DNA of 52,888 nt, taken from a virus (lineage: Duplodnaviria; Caudoviricetes). How positions within the stretch are numbered: position 1 is the stretch's first letter; each line of letters starts with the position of its first letter. The notes under the pieces were generated by a model. The model did not search any database. It worked only from the letters and a program-made list of their open reading frames with translations, and had not been told where the DNA came from. Position numbers and translations under genes: made by a program. The DNA lies in the IMG/VR virus record IMGVR_UViG_3300046703_000201, positions 1-52,888 of that record. The stretch is one strand, 5' to 3'. Below are positions 8,911-18,445 of this stretch, piece after piece.

Positions 8911-10191
8911 ATGCCTTCATTCCTATCTCCCGTGTTTGGCGCGGGTGCGCAGTTATTTGACAATCAGGGGCGCGTGCTGGCCGGGGGGAAGATTTATACC
9001 TACTTGGGCGGCACCACGACGCCGACTGCTACGTTTACCGATAATACTGATTTTGTCACCAATCCAAATCCGATTATCCTGGATAGTGCCGGGCGTGTGC
9101 CTACCGAAATCTGGCTGGAAGAAGAGCAAACGACCAAGTTCGTGTTGACGGATTCTGTGGGTAATGTGTTGGGCACATGGGACCAGATTTCTGGCGTCAA
9201 CGATATAACGACTTTTTCGACAACTACTGAATGGGCTAATCTCAATGTAACGCCGGCTTATATCAGTGCCACCTCGTTTTCAGTGCCGGGCAATCTGGTT
9301 TCGACATTGATGTTAAACCGCAGGTTGATGATTTCGGTGACTGCCGGCACGATCTATGCCTACATCACTTCTTCCAGTTTTGGCAGTGGCATCACGACGG
9401 TGAATGTTCAACCGGATTCGACCGCACTGGATTCCGGTATTTCGCAAGTAATGGTGGGTTTGCTCAAGGCATCGCCGTGGTCGGTGCCCCAACAATATCT
9501 GGCCTGCAATGCGGCGGTGACAGTTCCATCTGCCACCTCTACGCCGATAGGTGCGGCATTGTCCGCCAATGTGACGGTTTCCGGCGTGGTGACGATTACT
9601 TCATTTGATACGGTGGTGGCCGGCATTGTACGGCTGGTGAAATTCAGCGGCGCGTTGATTTTAACCCATAACGGCACCAGCCTGATTTTGCCGGGGGCGG
9701 CGAATATAACCACGGCAGCGGGGGATCAGGCTATCTTTCGCTCGCTTGGGTCAGGTAATTGGGAATGTATCAATTATCAGCGCAACGCTTATGGACCGGA
9801 TACCATTCCCGCAATTCCCAGCGGCACGCGCATGACGTTCAATCAAACGACCGCACCGACCGGCTGGACCAAGGATACCACGGCGGGTTTGAATGATTCG
9901 ATTATGCGCATTGTGACAGGTGCCGTCAGCAGTGGCGGATCGCAGGCATTTACCACTTGGAACGGATTGACGGCAACCGGGGCACATACACTGATTACCG
10001 CAGAAATGCCGGCGCATACCCATAGTACGGTTGTGACAGTCGCTGGCGGAGCCGGTTATTATGGCGGAAATCTATCCGGAGGCGCATCAAGCTCGAATAC
10101 TTCCACCTCAACAGGTGGAGACGGTTCGCATACCCATCCGCTGACTAACGGCATCAAGTACAACGATTTCATCATCGCCGCGAAGGATTGA
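8911..10191 (+). CDS. Tail fibre/tailspike protein
   Basis: N-terminal head-binding-type domain (GGKIYTY..TT..NPNPIILDSAGR), collar-like TAPTGW, HTLITAEMPAHTH. Confidence 0.8.
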   Translation: MPSFLSPVFGAGAQLFDNQGRVLAGGKIYTYLGGTTTPTATFTDNTDFVTNPNPIILDSAGRVPTEIWLEEEQTTKFVLTDSVGNVLGTWDQISGVNDITTFSTTTEWANLNVTPAYISATSFSVPGNLVSTLMLNRRLMISVTAGTIYAYITSSSFGSGITTVNVQPDSTALDSGISQVMVGLLKASPWSVPQQYLACNAAVTVPSATSTPIGAALSANVTVSGVVTITSFDTVVAGIVRLVKFSGALILTHNGTSLILPGAANITTAAGDQAIFRSLGSGNWECINYQRNAYGPDTIPAIPSGTRMTFNQTTAPTGWTKDTTAGLNDSIMRIVTGAVSSGGSQAFTTWNGLTATGAHTLITAEMPAHTHSTVVTVAGGAGYYGGNLSGGASSSNTSTSTGGDGSHTHPLTNGIKYNDFIIAAKD

Positions 10192-10556
10192 TAATGGCAA
10201 TCGACAAAAAAATCATCTGCCCGATGATGCAAACGCAATGTATCGAAGACGGCGCTTTGGTGAATGGCGAATTGCATTCCTGCCGCTTCTGGATTCATGT
10301 GCTGGGCCGTGACCCACAGACCGGAACCGACAAAGACTTGTGGGATTGCGCCTTTGCCTGGATGCCGGTGTTGCTGATCGAGAATAGTAATCAGCAACGC
10401 GAAACAGGCGCCGAGATAAATAAATTGCGTAATGAGATTGTTCCGCAAGGACAGGCCATTAACGGATTTGTGGCGCAAATGATGGGCGTCATCACACCAT
10501 CACGTTTACTTACCCACACCAAGGAAAACGATGGAACTTACCCCACCACCAATTGA
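10188..10556 (+). CDS. Cys-rich tail-fibre-associated protein
   Basis: CP..C..C.FW..DPQTG..DC..WMPVLLIEN pattern; follows the fibre gene. Confidence 0.6.
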   Translation: MIMAIDKKIICPMMQTQCIEDGALVNGELHSCRFWIHVLGRDPQTGTDKDLWDCAFAWMPVLLIENSNQQRETGAEINKLRNEIVPQGQAINGFVAQMMGVITPSRLLTHTKENDGTYPTTN

Positions 10557-10974
10557 ATCCGGCTGGGGGCAAGACGCCAAGCGCGGGCCGGTAATCGTCT
10601 GGGCGTTGTGGTTTGAAAAGGTCTGGAATGCGCTATCGGGAACGATTGCGCCGCTATCTTGGACGCCGGTGGCAACTAGTCTGACGATAGTGACTGGCGC
10701 GACTTATACCGGCAGTTATACGCGCGTGGGCAATCTGGTGCATTTTGTCATCAGCGTTGCCACGACCGGCACCACGGCTTCAACTGCCGGCACGACGTAT
10801 TTTACCCTGCCGGTTACCGCTGCGGAAAACGATGTCTGCACGGCGGTAGAGTTGACCGCGTTTGCCTCGCGCGGGAATGGCGTTATCGCGGCCAATACCA
10901 TGCGAGTGTATCCGCCATCATGGGCGGCAACGGCCAATACGGTGGTGATTTCCGGTACTGTCAGAACAACGTAG
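10531..10974 (+). CDS. Virion/tail-associated protein
   Basis: Thr-rich beta domain, YTRVGNLVHF motif. Confidence 0.6.
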   Translation: MELTPPPIESGWGQDAKRGPVIVWALWFEKVWNALSGTIAPLSWTPVATSLTIVTGATYTGSYTRVGNLVHFVISVATTGTTASTAGTTYFTLPVTAAENDVCTAVELTAFASRGNGVIAANTMRVYPPSWAATANTVVISGTVRTT

Positions 10975-11010
10975 AGACGGGTTTAAAACTCGTTCGACGA
11001 AAGGTTCAAC

Positions 11011-11571
11011 ATGAACACACAGCAATTGACCGAGCATTTTTCTCTGGCTGAATTAACCGAATCGGACACGGCAACCCGGCTGGGTATCGACAACACGCCA
11101 CCTGATAGTTTGCTGGACAATTTGAAACAAACGGCGGTGATGGCCGAGGCGGTACGGACGATCCTGGGTGATGAAGCTGGTCATGAAATTTACATGACGG
11201 TGACTTCCGGATTCCGGTGTGAAGCACTCGAAAAAGCGTTATGCCAAAAGGACTATGAATCCTGGTGTAGTAAGCATCAGTTGAGCGTCAATGCCGAATC
11301 ATGGAAACGCTATTTCTCACGCAAGGCGCATCCGCAGGGCAGGGCATTGGATTTTCGCGCACCGGCATTTGGTGTGCCGTATCACATTGTGCGAATTCTT
11401 CAGAAGCATCCCGAATTAATCGCCCAGATCGACCAGATTATCCTGGAAGGTGTAACAGTCAAGAATGAAGGCTGGGTACATATCGGCTGGTCAAATTATC
11501 CGCGTCATCAGGTCATGACGGCGTTGTTTGACGCAAATGGCACGCCTCATTACATGAATGAACTGACATGA
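11011..11571 (+). CDS. Endolysin, peptidase M15A family
   Basis: LTEHFSLAELT, TSGFRC, H..GRALD, WVHIG motifs. Confidence 0.85.
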   Translation: MNTQQLTEHFSLAELTESDTATRLGIDNTPPDSLLDNLKQTAVMAEAVRTILGDEAGHEIYMTVTSGFRCEALEKALCQKDYESWCSKHQLSVNAESWKRYFSRKAHPQGRALDFRAPAFGVPYHIVRILQKHPELIAQIDQIILEGVTVKNEGWVHIGWSNYPRHQVMTALFDANGTPHYMNELT

Positions 11572-11750
11572 ATTTCGACTGGCAATTTGTGGAAGTGGCC
11601 GCGTTGCTTAACTTGGCGTTTGCCGGATTATGGAAACTGCGCGAAATCCTGCGGACGATGATTACCAATCTCATCGACATCAAAATTGCCCTGCTCGAAA
11701 TCCACCTGGATGAAAAATTTGCCACCAAAGAAGAAGTGCCAAAACGTTAA
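11568..11750 (+). CDS. Small membrane protein (holin/antiholin candidate)
   Basis: Single TM helix; lysis cassette context. Confidence 0.55.
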   Translation: MNFDWQFVEVAALLNLAFAGLWKLREILRTMITNLIDIKIALLEIHLDEKFATKEEVPKR

Positions 11751-11766
11751 CAAGGATCACATTGTG

Positions 11767-11982
11767 ATGCTTTGGCTCAAACAAATGTTTTCTGATGCGA
11801 ACGGCATGGCAGATGATGCGCGGATTGCGGCGTTTCTGCTGGTTTTGGCCTTCATTGTAAACAGCAATCTATCCGTGTATCTATCGCCGGAACACAATTT
11901 TGATGCCGAGAAATTTGGCATCGGTGCCGGCGCATTGGCGGCTGGTATTGGCGTGTGGTTTGGCGCACGAAAGGGTAACTAA
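11767..11982 (+). CDS. Holin candidate
   Basis: Two hydrophobic helices, basic C-terminus, lies between endolysin and spanin. Confidence 0.55.
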   Translation: MLWLKQMFSDANGMADDARIAAFLLVLAFIVNSNLSVYLSPEHNFDAEKFGIGAGALAAGIGVWFGARKGN

Positions 11983-11984
11983 AA

Positions 11985-12464
11985 ATGCTTCCATTTATTC
12001 CGGCACAATATCAATTTCTTGCCAAATTTATCGTTGTTATGGCCGTGGCCGGATCGGGCGCGTTCGGGGCATGGTATGTAACCAGCGATCATTACCAGGC
12101 CATTATCGCGCAGCATGCGCTTAGTGATGCGACAGCGGTAAAGACGGAGTTGCAGCGTCAGAATAAAATCAAAACCGATCAAGCAGAAAAAACCAGACTG
12201 GCGGAGGATCAACATGCGCTCGATCAACTTATTATCAATCGTCTTAGTCATCAGCCTGCAAGCGTGCAAGTCCATACCCCCAAGTGTGGCAGTGCCATGC
12301 CCGGAGCCGGTCAAGCAGCCGTTGATACCAACGGAGCCAGTGGGGTACTTTCAGACCGAGTGGACGCGGCTTTTGCTGAATTACAAAGCCAAACTGGACA
12401 ACTTGTCGAGCGGTGCGACCAACTCAACATCGACGCCATAGCGGCAAATAACAGGAACCACTAA
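11985..12464 (+). CDS. Rz-like i-spanin
   Basis: N-terminal TM helix, coiled coil, two Cys; contains a lipoprotein ORF in another frame. Confidence 0.75.
   Translation: MLPFIPAQYQFLAKFIVVMAVAGSGAFGAWYVTSDHYQAIIAQHALSDATAVKTELQRQNKIKTDQAEKTRLAEDQHALDQLIINRLSHQPASVQVHTPKCGSAMPGAGQAAVDTNGASGVLSDRVDAAFAELQSQTGQLVERCDQLNIDAIAANNRNH
12214..12441 (+). CDS. Rz1-like o-spanin lipoprotein embedded in Rz
   Basis: GGAGG RBS, signal peptide with lipobox LQAC, Pro-rich mature part. Confidence 0.75.
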   Translation: MRSINLLSIVLVISLQACKSIPPSVAVPCPEPVKQPLIPTEPVGYFQTEWTRLLLNYKAKLDNLSSGATNSTSTP

Positions 12465-12673
12465 GTATCAATGGAATCTTTCCGAACCGGCATTCCACGC
12501 GGGTCGACATCCAAAAATTTCACATCGCATCTATAATGCTGTAGCGTTTCAGGAAGATAACAGTCGCCATCTTCAAGCACGTAATAAGTTCCATCGAATA
12601 CGCCGTGCATTATTTCCCCAGACCAGTTCATATTTAACACAGTGCAGAATTTTGGGAAACCTAACTCTTGCAT
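12461..12673 (-). CDS. Hypothetical protein, paralog of 20268-20483
   Basis: Shared PKFCTVL.MNWSGEI.HG.FDG..YVL.DGDCYLPETL. Confidence 0.75.
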   Translation of the reverse strand: MQELGFPKFCTVLNMNWSGEIMHGVFDGTYYVLEDGDCYLPETLQHYRCDVKFLDVDPRGMPVRKDSIDT

Positions 12674-12912
12674 TACGCTTCCCCTTTGATAACTTGCTGA
12701 CAAAACAATTTAAGTTCTTCTTCCAATCCCTTTATTATATGCGCGCCCGCTTCATCGCTAAATTTTTTATCGGCGGCATTTAAAACAATAGCCATATACG
12801 CCAATGCACCCGCATAAAAAACTCGCCTTGTTTCTTGCACTTGTGTTTTTCCGGCATCCATTGGGATGAATAATGTTTTGTATTCCTGCCACTTTTCCGC
12901 GATGGTATTCAT
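12673..12912 (-). CDS. Hypothetical protein
   Basis: QVQETRRVFYAGA motif; coupled to neighbours. Confidence 0.65.
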   Translation of the reverse strand: MNTIAEKWQEYKTLFIPMDAGKTQVQETRRVFYAGALAYMAIVLNAADKKFSDEAGAHIIKGLEEELKLFCQQVIKGEA

Positions 12913-12913
12913 T

Positions 12914-13549
12914 TCAAAACTTCCTTTCCCCAAAAAACTCCCTGATGTCGCCAAATTTCGGCTTGTTCCTGAAAAACAGCATCGTCGCAGCCATTTTCAT
13001 ATTTTCAAAATTGAAGTAAGGCACGCTAGCGCCCGGCGAATTCTGGATGTCGCATAATTCAACCTCATCGGCCATGCTGTAATGCAACCGGCAGGCAACT
13101 GGCCGTGCCGGATAAATGGAACAGCCGCCATTAATCAAAAAAGTACAGGGCTTGTTTGTAAACCGCGCCCGCAGTTTTTCCTTACTGTCATGTTTAGGAT
13201 CGTATCCCGAATAATCGGACATTTCCCGTCCGGTAAATCTGGCAATCCGCTTCGCCTCCCAGTTTGAAATCAGCACAGCCTGATAGCAACAATGGCTACA
13301 TCCCTTCCGGCAAACCGCCACCTTCGCCACTTCGCCCGCCATATCATCAATGATCTCAAGCAACCGCTTGATGTCGCCCTCAGAATTTCTTTGCTTGAAG
13401 ATCAACTGCTGGGTTTCCCGATACAAGCGCGGTAATAAACCGGCGCTATTATCCCTTACCAAGTCGCATTTATCCTGCGGCGTCATATCAATCCTTTCCT
13501 GTAAATTCAACATGTCTTCTGGATGGACAATGACCAAATTGCGCTTCAA
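12914..13549 (-). CDS. YkgJ/FliB-like cysteine-cluster protein
   Basis: CRKGCSHCC, CTFL, CSIYPARPVACR. Confidence 0.85.
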   Translation of the reverse strand: MKRNLVIVHPEDMLNLQERIDMTPQDKCDLVRDNSAGLLPRLYRETQQLIFKQRNSEGDIKRLLEIIDDMAGEVAKVAVCRKGCSHCCYQAVLISNWEAKRIARFTGREMSDYSGYDPKHDSKEKLRARFTNKPCTFLINGGCSIYPARPVACRLHYSMADEVELCDIQNSPGASVPYFNFENMKMAATMLFFRNKPKFGDIREFFGERKF

Positions 13550-13805
13550 TTTGTTTTGTCGTCGGCAGATTAAAAATCCGCCCTAGCATAGAAGCCGAAT
13601 CTTCCTGCTTTTCCTTTTCCGCTTTGCGCAACCGTCTGTTCCTGGCCTTGGTGTTTTCCGTTCCTACAATCATGCCGGTCTCCTTGTCAAAGAAAATTGC
13701 CTGATACGTTGAACTGCGGGAATGCGTTTTTCGAGAACCGAAAAATATTATGGTATTTGATTTGTGCTGCGAGTTATAATTTTGCCCTATCCGAAAAGTT
13801 TTCAC
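13488..13805 (-). CDS. Hypothetical protein
   Basis: ORF upstream of the YkgJ-like gene; weak support. Confidence 0.35.
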   Translation of the reverse strand: MKTFRIGQNYNSQHKSNTIIFFGSRKTHSRSSTYQAIFFDKETGMIVGTENTKARNRRLRKAEKEKQEDSASMLGRIFNLPTTKQIEAQFGHCPSRRHVEFTGKD

Positions 13806-13822
13806 AAGAGAGGGCGAATTGA

Positions 13823-14272
13823 ATGGATCAACCTTGGCTCAATGAACCGGACTTCGCCAAATGGCGCGATCCTGCAACTGGATTGCTGTGCGCGATTGTG
13901 CGGCAGAAGGACATGCAGTTTCTGTGCGGATATGTGCAGATTCCATTTGGCAAGTTGCGAAAAAAAATTCTCCGTATCCGTAGAATTCCTGGACGTTACG
14001 AATATGTATTACTGCGCGGCATCGAGGCGCATGGCGGATTGTCCTTTTTCGGTTTCCATAAGAATTATCGACTTTCGCGCGGATACTGGATCGGTTTCGA
14101 CTGTGCACATGCTTATGATTTCATGCCCGGCATGATGGCATTGCTAAATTCGTTACAAGCACATTCCGGTGATTTTATGCGGCATGATACTTACCGTGAC
14201 TTCGCCTATGTAAAAGCCGAAGTCACCGATCTGGCGCGGCAAGTGGCAAGGATTGAGAAAAAACAAATATGA
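13823..14272 (+). CDS. Conserved phage hypothetical protein
   Basis: LCGYV..HGGLSF..WIGFDCAH..YRDFAYV motifs. Confidence 0.75.
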   Translation: MDQPWLNEPDFAKWRDPATGLLCAIVRQKDMQFLCGYVQIPFGKLRKKILRIRRIPGRYEYVLLRGIEAHGGLSFFGFHKNYRLSRGYWIGFDCAHAYDFMPGMMALLNSLQAHSGDFMRHDTYRDFAYVKAEVTDLARQVARIEKKQI

Positions 14273-14499
14273 AAGAGCAAAAATTGGTAGAAGGCCAACT
14301 TGTCCAACTGAATCCGGAAACAGTTGAAAATCCAATGTTCGCCGCTTGTATCATGGTGGTAACAGAACCAAAACCGTGGGGTGCCCAAGGGTATGTGCAA
14401 AGTCTGGGCGAAAACGGACTTCCCGGCGGACAAGCATATTATCGTGCCAAATGGGAAGAGATGGAGGTAGTTGGTTTTGTTGAATGTTTGCGCGCTTAA
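14269..14499 (+). CDS. Hypothetical protein
   Basis: ATGA overlap with the upstream gene. Confidence 0.65.
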   Translation: MKEQKLVEGQLVQLNPETVENPMFAACIMVVTEPKPWGAQGYVQSLGENGLPGGQAYYRAKWEEMEVVGFVECLRA

Positions 14500-15611
14500 A
14501 TCCGCGCAAACATAGCATTCGCCTTTGCCAGTTCCTGCCGGTTGTCGTTCGCATCCAGCCAAGTCGAATACACGCGCTGGAACATGACTATCGAGTGCCC
14601 CAGTTGTTTGGCCGCCCAACGGTCCCGCGCGCCTCCCATCAGTAACATGGTGGCGCAGGTATGCCGGGTCTGCCTGGCATCACGATCCCGTATCCCGCAC
14701 CTTGCCAATGCAGGGCGCCAATAATTTTGCACCAGGCAGGAAGTATCCGCATAAGGTCTGCCGGTGTTAGGATGGATAAAAAGATGCTCGCTGGCAGTCA
14801 ATCCCCGCAATCGCTTCAGCAAGGCAATACTTTCATCGGAAATCTCAACCCGTCGCACGCATTCTGTTTTGGTCAGTTTAACGATCCCGCGTACTTTGGC
14901 TGAAGAGATTATCAGCGACTTCCTTTCCCAATCCACATTTTCCCAGCGCAAGTCAATTCCCTCGGAAGGGCGAAATCCTATCCGGAACGCGAGATTGAAA
15001 TAAATGGCAACCGGCTCCGGATAATGCTGCCGCATATCATCCAACACCTTGGACATTTCTTCGATGTTTAGCGGGTCCGGTTCCGGATCGGCTATCTTCG
15101 GGAACTCGATTTTTATGGCATGATTGACTGTTACTGCTCCCGCATCCATGCCAAAACTATAGATGCAGCGCAATACCGAGAGGATGTTATGAAAGGTCTT
15201 GTTGGATATTTCGAGTCTGGACATTAGTTCGTTGAGTTCCAGGAAGCTGATGTCTGCCATGACTCTATCGCCCAGCGATCCGAAGTAAGCCGCTATAGTA
15301 GTGCGGTATTCCCGAATAGTAGTCTCGGCTAAAACTCTTCTTCGTGAATCCAGCCAGGACGAAGCGACCTCTTTAAACAAGAGACCATTTTTTAGCTTCG
15401 CATGTTTTGACTCAGGGAAGAACTCTTTGAAATCGAATGTGCCGGCACCGATACGTTTCAGTATCTCACGACGTATCGAGGCGGCTAGTTTAAGGTTAGC
15501 CGGGGTCGGAGTTAGCTTTAGTGTCGGAAAGTATCGCTGGTCATTCCAAGTGAAGATAATGCGTATGGAAGAGCCGCGCGGCGAAACCCCTTCGTATAGT
15601 TTACTGGTCAT
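14496..15611 (-). CDS. Tyrosine integrase with N-terminal arm-binding (DUF3596-like) domain
   Basis: GVSPRGSSIRIIF..PTPANLKLA N-terminus; GFRPSE, QTRHT, LGHS, VY catalytic motifs. Confidence 0.9.
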   Translation of the reverse strand: MTSKLYEGVSPRGSSIRIIFTWNDQRYFPTLKLTPTPANLKLAASIRREILKRIGAGTFDFKEFFPESKHAKLKNGLLFKEVASSWLDSRRRVLAETTIREYRTTIAAYFGSLGDRVMADISFLELNELMSRLEISNKTFHNILSVLRCIYSFGMDAGAVTVNHAIKIEFPKIADPEPDPLNIEEMSKVLDDMRQHYPEPVAIYFNLAFRIGFRPSEGIDLRWENVDWERKSLIISSAKVRGIVKLTKTECVRRVEISDESIALLKRLRGLTASEHLFIHPNTGRPYADTSCLVQNYWRPALARCGIRDRDARQTRHTCATMLLMGGARDRWAAKQLGHSIVMFQRVYSTWLDANDNRQELAKANAMFARI

Positions 15612-15816
15612 ATTTGAATACCAGAACTAACCAAACCACGAGAACAAGCGAATACCAAAACCATTCCATTTCTTTCTACTCCTTATTGCTTATTTGTCCA
15701 ACAATCACCCAAACGCCGAGACAAATTAAAAACAGCCAAATATCAGTCATTTCAATCTCTTTAAAGTATTCCATGCCGCACTTGATACACTCGTTTAATA
15801 GGCATGTCAATAGCTG

Positions 15817-16710
15817 TCAGCATATCTCATGCTCGATTATTTCCCGCCTCAATGTCATGGCTTTTTGCTGTGAACAATTCAGAAATGATCTGATCGAAGC
15901 GACTGTTGTACGGCATTGGCCTAACTGAATTGCCTCACGTAGTTGAGAAACATCATCAACTATTCGAGTAACCTGAGTAGTAACGGCAGTAGTAACGCTG
16001 GTAGTAACGCGAGGTGCCGCTAATTGGACAGTATTCTCATATTGCGGTTTGTCTCTCAACGCCTCAAACCACAAGAAAGTCCCCGTCAATTCTAGCAAGA
16101 TAGAGAACAGCAACCCGACTCCAATAGTAATCGCCGCCTCGGAAAGACCCGTTACCGCCGCTACTCTGCTCGTTACCGGGTCAGTAGCGTTTGTTATCAG
16201 CGTAGTTGAAGTGACGGCGGATAACCGCATCAACTCATCCCGCAACGCATCGGCTCGTTTAGCCTGCTTCAACTCTTCCCGCAACGCCGTACTTTCCCTC
16301 CAACTGTTCGTCTGCGCAATCTCGGCAGCTACCACTACCACCGGACGCGCACTAATCGCGTCCAAGGCACTTCTAGTCGCTAGAATCTGATTCTGCGTGG
16401 CACTCATCAGAGCGGATTGCTGTACCCGAACCTCACCAGCCCGAATCGTAGAATGCGTCAAAAAAGTAAGGTGCCCAAAAATCGCACAGAGCAGACATCC
16501 AAACCAAAGTATCCAGGATGAAGTTCGTCGTGATATGGCAGGCAGGAAATGAACGGCTAGGACCATTATGATCGAGATCGAGACAAGCAACGCCTGCTCA
16601 ATGAAGGTTCCGCCACGGTTGATGGCGGCAATGGTCGCCATAAGTGTGGCGGTGCCTGTGACAAAAATAGCCAATAATCGAACCATGCTGTATTTCATTT
16701 CATTCCTCAA
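15817..16710 (-). CDS. Multi-pass membrane protein with coiled coil and C-terminal HTH-like segment
   Basis: Several TM helices, Thr/Val linker, TVASIRSFLNCSQQKA. Confidence 0.7.
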   Translation of the reverse strand: MRNEMKYSMVRLLAIFVTGTATLMATIAAINRGGTFIEQALLVSISIIMVLAVHFLPAISRRTSSWILWFGCLLCAIFGHLTFLTHSTIRAGEVRVQQSALMSATQNQILATRSALDAISARPVVVVAAEIAQTNSWRESTALREELKQAKRADALRDELMRLSAVTSTTLITNATDPVTSRVAAVTGLSEAAITIGVGLLFSILLELTGTFLWFEALRDKPQYENTVQLAAPRVTTSVTTAVTTQVTRIVDDVSQLREAIQLGQCRTTVASIRSFLNCSQQKAMTLRREIIEHEIC

Positions 16711-16734
16711 TTTTCAAAAACTCGAACCTGAATT

Positions 16735-17145
16735 TTCATAACATCAAAGTTATGTGTTAAACGTAACATTAAGAAATAGGCCAAAAAATATACAAGTTGT
16801 GTTTTAAACATAACCCAAAAAAAACAATATTACCGATTAAATAAAGAAAAATCACTCATCTGCTCCGAAACCCGCATGTAGACTATGTATTCGATTCTTT
16901 TTTTAAAAAAAGTAAAATCCAAAAATCGCTACTCAAAAATTACTCATCGACCCTGTAAGAAGGCGTTGATGCGTAGTTTTGGTGCCTCTCTCCAGCACCG
17001 ACTGTTATGTATATAACATAACACCAAATAAAAAACACTTAAAAATCAACGACAGCATGTTATGTAACTTACATAATTTGACACGTGAAAAAACATAAAA
17101 TACACTGCCATTACTCACAGATTACTACACGCATTACTCATGCGC
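16735..17145. other. attP-like region; putative core 16985-16999 resembles a tRNA 3' end, flanked by arm-type repeats
   Basis: CCTCTCTCCAGCACC; (A)TTACTCA-like direct repeats on both sides; TAACAT/ATGTTA repeats; AT-rich; directly upstream of integrase. Confidence 0.6.
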
Positions 17146-17160
17146 AAATAGGAGATAAGT

Positions 17161-18171
17161 ATGGCAACTGTAGAAAGAACCAAAAACGGATGGCGCTGTC
17201 AGGTTTATGTCGATGGTAAGCGGCCATCAAAAACATTTCGCACCAAGCGGGAAGCTGATGCATGGGGATCGACAAAAGAGATTGAATTGCGCACGCAAAA
17301 AACAATGCTGCCCGGAGAAAAGTTCGCTTTTTACGAAGCGATGGATCGGTATATGGAGGAAGTATCTACCACCAAACGCGGAGAACGATGGGAGCGGATT
17401 CGGATTACTGCGCTAAAAGTTGATCCGTTGTTGCGCTGCAATGAACCCATCAGCCACATCAAAACTACTCATCTCGTTGATTGGCGCAATGCCAGGCTAA
17501 AAGTGGTAAAGCCCAATACTGTGTTACGAGAAATTACATTGCTCTCGGATATTTTTGAGACAGCACGCAAAGAATGGCATTGGATTGAGGTAAATCCCAT
17601 TCGGGACATGAGCAAACCATCTAAAGGTAAAAGCCGCGAAGTAGTAATTACTGCAAAGCAAATCCGGCTTATGCTTCAGACAATGAATTACTCATCCGGT
17701 CAATCAGTTCGTACAATGACACATGCCGTTGCGAATTGTTTCTTGTTGGCATTACGCACTGGTATGCGCGCGGGTGAATTGTGTAATTTGACATGGACTA
17801 ATGTGCATGATGGTTGGTGCCATTTGCCGATAACCAAAACGGTCTCGCGTGATGTGCCGATCACTCCCAAGGCAAAAGTTATTATCGAACGGATGCGCGG
17901 ATGGGATTCGCAATCGGTGTTCGGGTTGAAAGCACAAACACTTGATGCGCTATTTCGGAAATATCGGAATAAAGCGGAGTTGGAAGGGTTTACATTCCAT
18001 GATTCGCGGCACACTGCCGCGACATGGATTGTTGGTAATATGCATTCTAACAGTGTCCCGGCGCAACAAGCGGTATTCGATTTGTGCAAGATGTTCGGAT
18101 GGAAGAATACCGATCAAGCACTGGTTTATTACAATCCTCATGCGCGAGATATAGCCAAGCGCATTGGTTGA
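17161..18171 (+). CDS. Phage tyrosine integrase
   Basis: TGMRAGEL, FHDSRHTA, FGW, YY motifs; GGAG RBS. Confidence 0.92.
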   Translation: MATVERTKNGWRCQVYVDGKRPSKTFRTKREADAWGSTKEIELRTQKTMLPGEKFAFYEAMDRYMEEVSTTKRGERWERIRITALKVDPLLRCNEPISHIKTTHLVDWRNARLKVVKPNTVLREITLLSDIFETARKEWHWIEVNPIRDMSKPSKGKSREVVITAKQIRLMLQTMNYSSGQSVRTMTHAVANCFLLALRTGMRAGELCNLTWTNVHDGWCHLPITKTVSRDVPITPKAKVIIERMRGWDSQSVFGLKAQTLDALFRKYRNKAELEGFTFHDSRHTAATWIVGNMHSNSVPAQQAVFDLCKMFGWKNTDQALVYYNPHARDIAKRIG

Positions 18172-18396
18172 TTATTTCAGGATAGCTTCGTCAATCTGCG
18201 TAATGGGAATTAAACCGAAAGCATTGAGTTTGAACGTCCCATTCCGCACGAGTTTGCACATAGTTTGCGGACTGATGTGTAACATTTTTGCTGCCTGCGC
18301 CTGGTTGACATGGGGCGGGCGCGGATGGGTTTCGGCATAACGCTTTACGGCTATGGTCGCAATTTCAATCATTTCGCGGTTCATTTTTTCTCCCAT
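18172..18396 (-). CDS. Excisionase-like HTH protein
   Basis: VNQAQAAKMLHISPQTMCKLV HTH; converges on integrase. Confidence 0.7.
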   Translation of the reverse strand: MGEKMNREMIEIATIAVKRYAETHPRPPHVNQAQAAKMLHISPQTMCKLVRNGTFKLNAFGLIPITQIDEAILK

Positions 18397-18445
18397 GTAA
18401 GGTGTAAAACTCGTCTATTGCCAGATTAGACACCTATCAAGGTGT

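Noticed and set aside
15967-16011. Second replication origin (GTAGTAAC repeats at 12-bp period)
   Set aside because: Explained by the VTTS/VTTA/VTTQ linker of the membrane protein; no adjacent initiator
17161-18171. Integron integrase for the adjacent attC array
   Set aside because: Looks like an ordinary phage integrase with an arm-binding N-terminus and no visible IntI-specific insertion; it points toward the array instead of away; an HMM check is still needed
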